A stretch of DNA of 64,000 nucleotides from Octopus sinensis (lineage: Eukaryota). The stretch lies in contig NC_043019.1 in NCBI RefSeq assembly GCF_006345805.1, positions 26,783,360 to 26,847,359 on the forward strand, in the 5' to 3' direction. Both the position numbers and the translations under genes were made by a program. The notes under the pieces were generated by a model. It had not been told where the DNA came from. It was given only the letters and a program-made list of their open reading frames with translations, and searched no databases. This document shows positions 1 through 12,723 of this stretch, piece after piece; positions within the stretch are counted from its first letter, which is position 1, and the number at the start of each line of letters is the position of its first letter.

Positions 1-2126
1 GCCTGATCAGACTGGAGCCTGGTGCAGCCTTCTGGCTTCCCAGATCCCTGGTCGAACCGTCCGACCCATGCTGGCATGGAGAACAGATGTTAAACGATGA
101 TGATGATGAGGATGAATAACACCTGTAACATTACAACTTATAAAATCTCTTCAGTCTGAATTCCATTAACTGCCTTCACTACTTCCCCCCTCTTTTTGAG
201 TTACCTTCATCTTCTCCTTGCCTCTAATCTCCTGTCTCTTTAAATGTAGATTATATGTATTTCTTACTACTTTCTATAAATTCTTATTTTGTTTTCTTAT
301 TTTGATATCCTTACTTATTAACTTCTTATCTCTTATAGACTATTATTTTTCTTGTTCTTAAATTGATATTTTTTAGTTACTTAAGACTATGAGAGATATT
401 TATACTATATCCATATAAGCATATAAATATTTGTGTATGTATATATATGTATATATGCACATATATATGTGTGTACGTGTATCTGTATGCATTTTTACAC
501 TTTTCTGATTCATGGCTTAAAATTAATAGATAGCATATATATCTTTCTAGTTATTCCATATGTAAATGCCTTAAGCAGTCTTTATAGAAACCACCTAATT
601 AAGTAAATGAATGGATATTAAACTGCTTCTATGTAATCTTCCTTTTTAATGTTTATAATTGATATATACACACCTTTTACCTATTTTGGTTATGATATCA
701 TTTTTGAAATTCTTAAATTTTAAATTTTATTATTATACAGCTTAACAATATTGTTTATAAACAATCACCCAAAGTGCCCCAATATAAAATTTCCTCTGTA
801 TTAACATCTTAGGTTTCTTAGCATCATGCCCCTTTGACTAGTGATTAACATCATGATTTAGAGTTTTCCTCTACCCAGCCTCCTTTTATAGACAGTTACT
901 CTATATCCAATCGAGTACTCCTAATGTCTTCTTTCCTCCCCGAGGAAAAGAGATACATATGACAATATTTATGACCATACCTAACCATGAGCTGTCAGCT
1001 CACTGTTACCCTTCATTCTAAACAGACCACAGTCCTCTTGTCTTAGATTTAGTAGTTGATAAAGAGACGAATGAATTAGAAATGAACAACATTCCTTTAC
1101 AAGCTATGCCAATCTTGGAAGTGTAGTCTATTCGTAGCTAAAATAGCAAGGACATGAATTTCTTCCATCTTCTGCTTTGTTAAAATATTAAAAAAAAATT
1201 ATATTAATGTGTCCTACTTGTTAAAAATCCCTTTACTTATTTGTGCAGCTGAAGATAGCACTATATTTAAATCGACATAGTGATTGCATTGTACAGTTAA
1301 ATGGAGCCGCTTGAAACAGTTGTACTGCACTACTACTTGATATTCTGTTGCTTATTTTGGTTACATACATACATACATACATATGTATGTATGACAGGCT
1401 TCTTTCAGTTTCTGTCTACCTAATCCACTCTCAAGTCTTTGATCGGCTTGAGGTTATAGTACAAGACACTTGCCCAAGGTGCCATGCAGTGAGACTGGTT
1501 GGGAAGCAAGCTTCTTACCACACAGCCACTTGTGTAGAGGATATGGTTTTTCAAAGAAGCTTGAGTTGAGGTTTCATCTTAAGACTTCACTTTCAGGCCA
1601 CTGCCATGATCTTCAGATTACATGGGTGGCTTGATGTTTTTTGTTTACTGTTTAGGTTTTTTTATCCATAGTTTGGGTTATTTTTGTGGTGTTTTTTTTG
1701 TGCCTTGTAATTCTGAGAAATGTGGTTGTGGTGCTGGTAGTGGTGGGAAAACTGACATTAATGTGTGTTTATGATGAGTTGTTTTGTTGGTTGTAGTTTG
1801 TTTTGTTATTTTGGTGTGTGTGTGTGTGTAAATGTGTCAGTGTGTGTGTATGTGAGTGAGTGTGTGTGTGTAAATGCATCAGTGTGTGTGTGTGAGTGTA
1901 TGTGTGTGTGTAAATGTGTGAGTGTGTGTATGTGTGTGTGTGTCCTTTACTTGTTTCAGTCATTAGATTGTGGTCATACTGGAGCACTACCTTGAAAGAT
2001 GGAGTCAAAAAATTGATCCCAGGACTATTTTTTCCTTAAATCCAAACTTCTAATTTATGGGGACATAAACAAACAAACAAACACAAAGACACATATACAT
2101 ATATATATGGATACATATATATATAT

Positions 2127-2171
<45 letters not shown>

Positions 2172-2332
2172 TATATATTCTTTTATTTGTTTCAGTCATT
2201 TGACTGTAGCCATGCTGGAGCACTGCCATTAGTTGAACAAATTGACCCTAGGACTTATTCTTTGTAAGCCTAGTACTTTGCAAGACCGCTAAGTTATGGG
2301 GACATAAACTCGCCAACATTGTTTGTCTTGAA

Positions 2333-3460
2333 ATTCTCATCTGAATCCATTGCATCCACAAGATGTTGGAGAGAGTTCTGAGTGTAAAATGCCTTTAAGG
2401 CAAAGATCACGCCTTGATCCACAGGCTGGATGAGAAAGGTGGTGTTGGCTTGTGGAACTCAACCTGGACTCCCTCATGATTCAAAGAGTGACCACCAGCA
2501 TTATCCATAACAAGCAACACCTTGAATTCCATGTAACCATTTTGGAAGTCTTCCTTGGCTTGAGGGATGAAGCATTGGTGGAACCAATTCAAAGTTAGAC
2601 TTTTGGAAATCCAGGTTGTGCAACCAGTGGACAGGCAGTAGGTTTTTATTCTTACTTTTGAAGGCCCTTGGGTTCGCAGACTTGTAGATAGGTCCTGGTT
2701 TCCTCATGAAGCCAGCAGCATTGCCACACATAATTAGCATCACTCTGTCCTTCTGTGCCTTAAATCCTGCGACTCTTGCTTCATCCTTCATGATGTATGT
2801 TCTGGAAGGCATCTTCTTCCAGAAGAAACCAGTGTCATCCATATTGAAAACCTGTACCGCCTTGTATCCCTTGTCCTCAATGATCTGCCTGAAGGCCTCG
2901 AGGTACTTCTCGGCAGCTTCTTTGTTGGCTGATGCTGTCTCTCCATGCAAGGAAAAACACTTTATTTTGGCTTGACTGTTTCTGGAAACAGTCAAACCAT
3001 CCCTTGCTGGTTTGAAAATCTTCAGGCTCTGGTGCTGTCAATGGTCTTGGTTGCAGTTTTTTGGTGCCTTCTGTTCTGTCTCCTCTGTCAATCTGCTGCT
3101 GGTATAATTTCCATACTTTCTTGTGGATGATGTTACCACTCAAAGGGATGTTTTTCTTCTTGCAGTCACTGATCCACAATGCCAAGGCAGATTCCATTCT
3201 GAGGAAGTGTTTATTTCTCACTATCCTAATCTTTTGGGCATGTTCACAGACTTACTGCTACGGTAACAAGATTGCCACCTTGTTCTTCTTTATGTAACAT
3301 ATGATGCTTTCATTGACAACATAATAGCGACCTACTGCAGCATAACTTTTACATTCCTGGAACATATCCATCAGTTGTACCTTCTCATGGAGTGTCATAA
3401 CCTTTTTCTGGCACTTAAGTTCACTGCTAGAAGCCTTAGAAAGTGTAGGGCATTAGGGTG
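2333..3460 (-). mobile_element. Tigger/pogo DNA transposon fossil
   Basis: Frameshifted pieces: psq-like HTH (KKVMTLHEKVQLMD..VGRYYVVNESIICYIKKN), CENP-B HTH (MESALALWISDC), DDE_1 (VFNMDDTGFFWKKMPSRTY; KDRVMLIMCGNAAG; LLVMDNAGGH). Confidence 0.9.
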
Positions 3461-3687
3461 GCATTTTAGGGCTTTAATAACACGCTGCAAAAAACACAGC
3501 ACTCAACAAAATACTGGAGATAGCTACTGGACGAAGTTTCTCCCCTCACCCAAAAAAACCTACAAAAAATCTTCATGCGCATACAACAAAAGGGAGATTG
3601 AGCGAAGATTAAAAATAATCATGGTTTTGAAAAATTTTTGTATTACAACTAGATACAATAATCTATACTATAATAATAAGAGAGGTG

Positions 3688-3722
<35 letters not shown>

Positions 3723-3964
3723 GGAGGGACCAGCAAGTAACCTAATTTCAATGAGGCTATATTGGTTCAACGACCTTAAAAATTCTCCTGTTGAAATAAA
3801 CAATGTGTATGATCACATGTAGCGATGATTTTAAAAAAAGTGGTGGGTATAAAATTAACATTCAGTCTCGTGTTGTAAGTCAGTAAATATGGTGTATTAT
3901 TATTATTAGTAATTTGGACTTCAAAAGTGTGAAAAAATATATATTGCCAGGAAAAAAAGGCCAT

Positions 3965-4385
3965 AGGCGCAGGAGTGGCTGAGTGGTAAGTAGCTTGCTA
4001 ACCAACCACATGGTTCCGGGTTCAGTCCCACTGCGTGGCATCTTGGGCAAGTGTCTTCTGCTATAGCCCCAGGCCGACCAATGCCTTGTGAGTGGATTTG
4101 GTAGATGGAAACTGAAAGAAGCCTGTCGTATATATGTATATATATATATATGTATGTGTATGTGTGTTTGTGTGTCTGTGATTGTCCCCCTAGCATTACT
4201 TGACAACCGATGCTGGTGTGTTTACGTCCCCGTCACTTAGCGGTTCGGCAAAAGAGACCGATAGAATAAGTACTGGGCTTACAAAGAATAAGTCCTGGGG
4301 TCGATTTGCTCGACTAAAGGCGGTGCTCCAGCATGGCCACAGTCAAATGACTGAAACAAGTAAAAGAGTAAAAGAGTAAAAGAGT
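3965..4385 (+). mobile_element. tRNA-derived SINE family A, full length
   Basis: A-box TGGCTGAGTGG, B-box GGTTCAGTCCC, internal (TA/TG)n, (AAAAGAGT)n tail; about 20 full or partial copies in the window. Confidence 0.85.
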
Positions 4386-4609
4386 ATAAAAACATCGAGA
4401 ACGATATTTGTGATTCCAAGAATATTCCAAGAAGAGAAATTATTAGATCCGTGAATAACTGGTACTGCGAATGCTGAACCGTGAATAAGCAGGGCACCTT
4501 GGGCAAGTGTCTTCTACCATAGCCTCATGCCAACCAAAGCCTTGTGAGTGGATTTGGTAGATGGAAACTGAAAGAAGCCCGTCATATATATGTGTGTGTG
4601 TGTGTGTGT

Positions 4610-4646
<37 letters not shown>

Positions 4647-5219
4647 TGTGTGTGTATATGTTTGTGTGTCAGTGTCTGTCCCCCACCCCATTACTTGACA
4701 ACAGATGTTAGTGTGTTTATGTCCCTGTAACTTAGTGGCCCAGCAAAAGAGTCCAATAGAATAAGTACTAGGCTGACAAAGAATATATATACATACATAC
4801 ACACAGACACTCACATACACACATATATGTGTGTGTATATATATATATATAGATAAAGATATTCTATAATTATAAACATAATTATAATTAGCTGACCCCT
4901 AATTATAATTATGTTTATAATTATAGAATATTTGTATAAGTTTACCTAAAAAGGTTATTTTAACATACCGTTCTACTTGGTAAAATTATTAATTATTAAT
5001 TAATTAATTAATTTTACCCTTTTATTATTATTATTATTTTATATATATATGTATGTTTGTATGTGTGTATATGTTTGTGTGACTCTGTTTGTCTCTGCCA
5101 GCATCGTTTGACAACCGATCAGTCTCTTTTGCCAAACAGCTAAGTTACAAGGACATAAACACACCAACATCGGTTGTCAAAAATGCTGCTAAGATTTCTG
5201 CCAGCTTGTCACATTAATT

Positions 5220-5238
5220 ATGGTGGTGGTGGTGGTGG

Positions 5239-5302
<64 letters not shown>

Positions 5303-5364
5303 GGTGGTGGTGGTGGTGGTGGTGGTGGTGCTAGTGATGATGATGATGATGATGATTATGATGT

Positions 5365-5405
<41 letters not shown>

Positions 5406-5470
5406 GTGATAACGATGATGGTGGTGGTGATGAGGATGATGATGGTGCTGTTGATGATGATGATGATGAT

Positions 5471-5518
<48 letters not shown>

Positions 5519-5615
5519 GTGATGGTGATAACGGTGATGGTGGTGGTGATGATGATGAAGATGATGATGATGATGTTGATGATGATGATGATGCTGATGG
5601 TGATGATGATGGTGA
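5220..5615. repeat. (GAT/GGT)n microsatellite
   Basis: Directly visible; ends about 65 nt before an ABAT acceptor. Confidence 0.95.
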
Positions 5616-5680
5616 TTATTTCTTTTTGCGATAGCAATAATGGTCATATTCCTTCTAATAGTTGCCATTTGTATTTGCAG

Positions 5681-5793
5681 GGATTCAGAGAGTTTTTATG
5701 TCCAGCAGGTCAGAACCCAGTTCTCCAAGAGTCAGAACCAAAATACCTGGCCCTCGATCATTAGCTTTGAAAGCTGAGCTCACTAAATTACAG
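5681..5793 (+). CDS. ABAT: ABAT coding exon 1 in window (not the first coding exon)
   Basis: ttgcag acceptor and CAG|gtaag donor; 113 nt, phase 1 to 0; encodes IQRVFMSSRSEPSSPRVRTKIPGPRSLALKAELTKLQ, like human [20 protein letters not shown]. Confidence 0.9.
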
Positions 5794-7113
5794 GTAAGTA
5801 AAGCTCAACAAAGGTGAAATAATTCATTCCTTTCAGTTGACCCCACCCCAAACATTTTGACCCCTTCCCCTTCAAATTCCACCCTGCCTGCCATCTGCCA
5901 CTAGCAAACACTATCTTCTATTGTTTACCTTCTACATGTCTTTATCACTGGATTATGGCCATGCTGGAGCACCACCTCCAAGGGTTTCAGTTAAACAAAT
6001 CAACCCTGGGACCAATTTTTATAAGCATGGTATTTATTCTACCAGATAGCATGAGCTAAAGCTGTAGCATGGCTGTGTGGTAAGAAGCTTGCTTCCCAAC
6101 CACTCGGTTCCAGGTTCAATCCCCATTGTGTGGCATGGCATAGTGGACAAAAGCTTCCCACTATAGCCTCGGGCAACCAAAGCTTTGTGAGTGGATTTTG
6201 TAGACGGAAACTGAAAGAACCTCATTGTATATATATATATTTATGTTGTATTCCCTCGGTGTCAGTACACTGTTTATTTATTAAGGTAGTTTTGACTTTA
6301 AGAGTCCCTTATAGTATGAGGCATTTACATGTTGTAATGCCCTTAATATAATAAATATAGATCTGTATAGGCAAGCAAGTATAGTGTAGGAGAGTGTTTA
6401 GCCCTGCCTAACTGAGATTCAAAACTAAATCTACAGACTTGTTGCTTGTCAGATGACTGCCTGATTCCATTGTGTTTTATCTCCGTGCTGAGAGATTAAT
6501 GAGAAACATCTGACCTCCTAGGACTTTTGCTAGTCACTGAAGGGCCAGTCCATTATTTTAGGTTTTGTCTACTTCCTGGCCATACCCTACATAGCGGAGA
6601 TCATCCCTTTCTTGATCTCAACTGGCTAACAGAGAGCACACATCTCTATTCATGTCAGCTGTTAACCAGTACGTAACTGGTACTTAATTTGTCGACCCCG
6701 AAAAGATGAAAGGCAAAGTTGACCCCAGCAGAATTTGAATTCAGAACATAAAGACAGACGAAATACTGCTAAGACATTTTGCCCAGTATTCTAATGGTTC
6801 TGCCCGCTCACGACAATGACGATGACGATCCTTTTTAGTGTAAGCACAAGGCCTGAAATTTGGGGGAAGGGGACTAGTTGAATACATTGACCCCAGTGTG
6901 TCACTGGTACTTAATTTATCGACCCTGAAAGGATGAAAGGCAAAGTCAACCTTGGTGGAATTTGAACTCAGAACATAGCGACAGGTGAAATACTGCTAGG
7001 CATTTTGTTCAGCGCACTAATGATTCTGCTAGCTCACAACCTTTAATAATCATAATAACAACAACAACAACAATGACAACAATAATAATGATAATAATAA
7101 TAATAACAACAAT

Positions 7114-7147
<34 letters not shown>

Positions 7148-7154
7148 ATAATAA

Positions 7155-7958
7155 CCTTATTATTAATAAACTTATTAACCCAAAACTACCAAGCCAATGT
7201 GATAAAAAATGGAGCTGACCCGAAATGCTGATTCTGTAACGATGAGATTGAAACAATAGACCACCTAATCTCAGGATGTAGAGTCTCAGCACCTGTGGAA
7301 TATAAAGCAAGACATGACAGAGTCGGCCAGTATTTACACTGGACAATATGTTGGCATTATAAAATCAAAACCACTGACAAATGGCATAAACACCATCCTG
7401 AAGCTGTGACTGAGGGAGAAAATGTGTCGATTCTATGGGACTTTCCTGTACATACCAACAAAACTATAAAAGCTAATAAACCGGATATTATTATAAAAGA
7501 TCAAACAAAAAGGATGTGTTTATTAATTGACATGAGTATTCCTTGCGATCACAATATAGCGGTGAAAGAATTTGACAAGATCAGTAAATATAAAGACTTG
7601 CTAATAGAAATTGAAAAAATATGGCATCTCAAGGTGACCACAGTACCAGTGATTGTAGGATCTCTAGGAATGATGAAAAAAGGTACTGAAACCTATTTGA
7701 AAATGATACCAGGCTTACCATCCCTACAGGAAGTGCAAAAAATCGTGTTAACTGGAACAGCTCATGTACTGAGAAGAGCATTATCGCTGTGAAAACAACA
7801 TCCATTCATGAATTTATTTATTCATTAATTTTTTAAATACATATTTTACCTGTGAATTTGCGTGTGTAATCTGGGAATGCATACAATGAGCTTCTCTGCA
7901 CTAGGTGTATGGAAAACACTCGGCGAGAAACGGAAGAAAATTTGAAGAAAGAAGGGAA
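7155..7958 (+). mobile_element. 5'-truncated R4/Dong-like non-LTR retrotransposon (restriction-like endonuclease)
   Basis: CCHC knuckle C*FC..ETIDHLISGC (CGA>TGA stop at 7229) in frame with ORF 7295-7792: RHDRV..ILWDF..NKPDIII..LLIDMSIP..K..KYKDL..PVIVGSLG; 3' UTR then (AAT)n. Confidence 0.85.
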
Positions 7959-8023
<65 letters not shown>

Positions 8024-8219
8024 CTCAAGGTTTAATACAAACTTTTTTTTTTTTAATTTATTTATTAGACATTCACTAGTACAACCCCCCCCCCCAAATA
8101 TATGGCACACTAGGCATAACAACAACGTGAACTTCCAACCTGTTGTCTCTTGAGGTCTCTGGGTGAGACTTGGAGCTAACTTGTACAAACATGAAGCAAA
8201 AGTCAAACATATAATAATA

Positions 8220-8296
<77 letters not shown>

Positions 8297-8789
8297 AAGA
8301 AGAAGAAGAAGAAGAAGAAGAAGAAGAATGATGTTATTGTATAAAATACACAGGGTTACAAATAAATAAGAATCAGCTGGCGCTATATTAACTTGGAGTT
8401 ATTAGATTTAGGTTTTCAATCGTAGGATTTTTTCAGGAATATTTAACATCTGAAAAACAGCAACAACAATGTCCAATAATATCAGACAAGGAAAAGATTC
8501 TCTGATAATGTAATCAATATAGATTAAGACAGCAGGCTTAGCAGCATTTGCTCCAAGACATTACGTTCTGACTTGAAATGCCGCCGTGTTTGACTTTGCC
8601 TTTCATTCTTGCAGGGTCAATAAAGTAAACGCAAGTGAAGCACCGGGGTCGATGTGACCGAATGTCTTCTTCCCTTAAACTTTCAGGCTTTGTGAATAGA
8701 AGAAAAGAATATAATCAATATGGAAAGCAGGGTGTAGGGTGGCCTTGTCTTTAAAGCCTACTGAAGAAAGCATCGGACATATACCCTTT

Positions 8790-9235
8790 ACTCTTTTACT
8801 TGTTTCAGTCATTTGACTGTGGCCATGCTGGAGCACCGGCCATGCTGGAGCACCGGCCATGCTGGAGCACCACCTTTTTTAGTCGAGCAAATCTACCCCA
8901 GGACTTATTCTTTGTAAGCCTAGTACTTATTCTAACGGTCTCTTTTGCCGAACCGCTAAGTTACGGGGACGTAAAGACACCAGCATCGGTTGTCAAGCAA
9001 TGTTGGAGGGACAAACACAGACACACAAATATATACACATACACATACATATACATATATATACATATATACGATGGGCTTCTTTCAGTTTCCGTCTACC
9101 AAATCCACTCACAAGGCTTTGGTCGGTCCGAGGCTATAGTAGAAAACACTTGCCCAAGGTGCCACACAGTGGGACTGAACCCGGAACCATGTGGTTGGTA
9201 AGCAAGCTACTTACCACACAGCCACTCCTATGCCT
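8790..9235 (-). mobile_element. SINE family A
   Basis: Full reverse copy; 17-mer GGCCATGCTGGAGCACC triplicated at about 8821-8871. Confidence 0.85.
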
Positions 9236-9420
9236 ATTTTGAATACTCTTGAAGAAATCTTAGCATTCAAATGTCAGCTGTTATTCTATTGCGTTATAAT
9301 TCTTTCTGATATTGACACAATGCTTGAAGATCGTGAGTATGTGTGTGTGTGTAGGGGGGTGCTAGTCAGTTACATCAACCCCAGTTTTTAACTGGTATCT
9401 ATTTTATCAATCCCTTAAAG

Positions 9421-9778
9421 AGTGGTTCTCAATTTATCAAGGTCCATATGGCCTCTGGTGGGCCATGTAAGATTTTTGGGGGTCCATGCAACAAGGGAGT
9501 AAATTGGGGATCCACAATAGTATTTTAAGGGCCCCTGAACAAATTTTACTTTAGATGTATTGATATGTATTGCCAAAAAAAAAAAAAACAGCGCTGTTTC
9601 TTTCTCTGACATTTTACATTGTTCAACCTACACAGGTTAATGTGTGGAAAACAAAATAGGAATTTTGAAAGAAGTTTCTATAAAACTGGCTTTTAAACAT
9701 TGAATGGCTTTGGGGGTTCACCAGAATAAAATAGCAATCAAAGGGATCCATAGATAAAAGAATGGTTGAGAACCCCTG
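9421..9778 (+). mobile_element. hAT-like MITE
   Basis: Ends (C)AGTGGTTCTCAA..TTGAGAACCCCTG, flanked by CTTAAAG and CTTTAG; related copies at 10200-10429 and 41700-42472. Confidence 0.65.
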
Positions 9779-9790
9779 CTTTAGATATAT

Positions 9791-10200
9791 ACTCTTTTAC
9801 TCTTTTACTTGTTTCAGTCATTTGACTGTGGCCATGCTGGAGCACCGCCTTTAATCGAGCAACTCGACCCCGGGACTTATTCTTTTGTAAGCCCAGTACT
9901 TATTCTATCGGTCTCTTTTGCCGAACTGCTAAGTAACGGGGACATAAACACACCAGCATCGGTTGTCAAGCAATGCTAGGGGGACAAACACAGACACACA
10001 AACATATACACGCACATGCATATATATACATATATACGACAGGCTTCTTTCAGTTTCCGTCTACCAAATCCACTCACAAGGCATTGGTCGGCCCGGGGCT
10101 ATAGCAGAAGACACTTGCCCAAGATGCCACGCAGTGGGACTGAACCCGGAACCATGTGGTTGGTTAGCAAGCTACTTACCACACAGCCACTCCTGTGCCT
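9791..10200 (-). mobile_element. SINE family A
   Basis: Full reverse copy. Confidence 0.85.
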
Positions 10201-10431
10201 ATGTATTGTTATGTATTGTTATGTTTTGCAAGAAACAGCGCTGTTTCTTTCTCTCACACTTTACATGGTTCAACCTACAAAAGTTAATGTGTGAAAAACA
10301 AAATAGGAATTCTGAAAGAAGTTTCTATAAAACTAGTTTGTAAACATAGAATGGCTATGGGGGGGATCCACCAGAATAAAATAGTAATCAGAGGGGTCTA
10401 TAGATAAAAAAAATGGTTGAGAACTCCTGCT

Positions 10432-11379
10432 TTAACCCTTTTGTTGCTGTATTTATTTTGAGATGTTCTGTGTTTCTTTCAGTTACTTTAAATATAACAA
10501 AGAATTTAGTAAAATAACTTAGTTATCATTAAGCTAGTGTTAGGAACATTAATTGTGACTAAGGTTTGGTGGAAGATTTTAATTCAGAACTTTTGAAAAC
10601 AAGATATTTGTACTCAGAGCCAGAACTGGTTTCAGGTGGGTTGGTATTGAAAGGATAAATATGGCACCAGCACAAGTGCTTTTAATGTGGTACCAGCACA
10701 AGTACTTTTTGTAGTAGGGGAAGTGGTACCGTGCTATAGTTTGAGACTGAGAGTCCAATGTACATTACAGTAGCACTAAATCACTCCCATTGCTGATGTA
10801 CAAAAACTGAGATTGTGAAATACTATTAAGATATTTCACTCTGTTATCAGCGTCTTCAGAGATGAAATATATTTAAGCCTTTTGTTAGTATATTTTTGTT
10901 GAGATCCTCTGTGTTTCTTTTAATTACTTTTAAATATAACAATGAATCTAGTAAAATAACTTAGTTATCCTTAAGCTGGTGTAAGGAACATTAATTGTGA
11001 CCAAGGTTTGGTGGAAGATTTTAATTCAGAACTTTTGAAAACAAGACGTTTATACTAAAGAGCCAGAGGCAGTTTCAGGCAGGTTGGTAAGAAAAGGGTT
11101 AATGTGACACCATCACTACTGCTTTTTACATGGCACCAGCACAAGTGCTTTTATGCCTTTTGTTACCATATTTCTGTAGAGATGCTATGTGCTACTTTCA
11201 ATTAATTTTAAATATAACAAAGAATTTAGTAAAATAACTTAGTTATCCTTAAGCCAGTGTTTGTAACATAAATTGTAACTAAGGTTTGGTGAAAGATTTT
11301 AATTCAAAAGTTATGAAATAAAGACATTTGTACTCAGAGCCAGAGGTGGTTTCAGCCAGGTTGGTAACAAAAGGGTTAA
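10432..11379 (+). mobile_element. Three copies of a piggyBac-like (TTAA) MITE of about 230 bp
   Basis: TTAACCCTTTT..AAAAGGGTTAA ends; copies at about 10432-10660, 10873-11102 and 11156-11379. Confidence 0.65.
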
Positions 11380-11575
11380 AGATGATGGGCAAATTCTGTC
11401 TTGATACGATTTGATCTCAGAATGGAGAATACTAGAAGAAATATTGCCAACCATCTTATCCGACATACCAACTATTCTGCCAGCTTTTTTCTGTTGTGTC
11501 ACAATAACATCAGTCTGTCGAGTGTGAAGCATAAACTAATCAGAGGGTTGTCTTTCGTTAATTTCTTAATTACAG

Positions 11576-11693
11576 AACACTGGCAGTGTGGTGTTCTTTA
11601 CAGACTTTGATAGAAGCCAGGGCAACTACATCACCGATGCCGATGGCAACTGTTTGCTTGACCTCTACACACAGATTGCTTCCATTCCATTGG
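11576..11693 (+). CDS. ABAT: ABAT coding exon 2
   Basis: tacag and G|gtaag; 118 nt; [40 protein letters not shown]. Confidence 0.97.
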
Positions 11694-12586
11694 GTAAGAA
11701 ACACTCTATTTTCTGTTGCTATGGTTGTTTTTCTCCTTTTTATTTATTTATTTTTTTTGTTTATTACTTGTTTCAGTGATTAGAGTGTGGCCATGCTGGG
11801 GCACCACCTTAAAGAAATTTTAGCTGTACGAATCAACCCCAAGACTTACATTTTTGTTAAGCTTGGTACTTATTTTATCGACAACTTATGCTGAACCACT
11901 AAGTTACAGGGATGCAAACACACCAACACCGGTTATCAAGCAGTGGTGGGGGGGACAAAGACCACACATACAACAAGCTTCCTACAGTTTCCATCTGCCA
12001 AATCCACTCACAAAGCTTTGGTCGGTCTAAAGCTATAGTAATCACTTGCCCAAGGTGCTACTTAGTGGGACTGAACCATGAACCATGTGGTTGGGAAGCA
12101 AGATTCTTACCACATGGTCATGCTGAACTTTTTTAAATATGTGGGCACCATTCAATCATGATCGTTGCCAGTGCTGCGTGGCTGGCTCCCATGCTGGTGG
12201 AATGTAAAAAAGCACCATTCAAGCGTGGTCATTGCCAGTGGAGCCGGACTGCACCATTCAAGCATGGCTGAAACCAGTACTGCCTGACTGGCCCTCGTGC
12301 TGGTGGCATGTAAAAAGCACCCACTACACTCTTGGAGAGGTTGGCATTAGGAAGGACATCCAGCTGTAGAAACCTTGCCAGATCAGGTTGGAGCCTGGTG
12401 CAGCCTACTATCACGTAATGTCAAAACAAGGAGACACACATACACATATGCACACACAACCATGCACGCACACACACAGACACAAACACACAAACACACA
12501 CACAAAGACACACACACATGCACACACAAACACACACACTGCCCCATTCTGTAATACGAAGCTAATATTTGATCTTGATTCTTTAG

Positions 12587-12636
12587 GTTACAATCATCCG
12601 AAAATGGTCGAGGTTTTGAAGAATGACAAAAACTGG
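12587..12636 (+). CDS. ABAT: ABAT coding exon 3
   Basis: tttag and TGG|gtaag; 50 nt; GYNHPKMVEVLKNDKNW; phases fit both neighbours. Confidence 0.95.
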
Positions 12637-12673
12637 GTAAGTACTTGTTGAACCCTGCTACCTGGCTGTGTAA

Positions 12674-12723
<50 letters not shown>

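Noticed and set aside
121-160. Hammerhead-like motif on - (CUGAAGA..GUAA-UGU-U)
   Set aside because: GAAA is mutated and no stem I pairing is found.
900-1130. APE-endonuclease-like DHSPL motif on +
   Set aside because: Interrupted by stops with only a five-residue match; too weak to call.
5698-5700. In-exon ATG as the ABAT start codon
   Set aside because: The frame is open upstream to a good phase-1 acceptor that matches a conserved intron position, and starting here would remove the mitochondrial transit peptide. It cannot be fully excluded.
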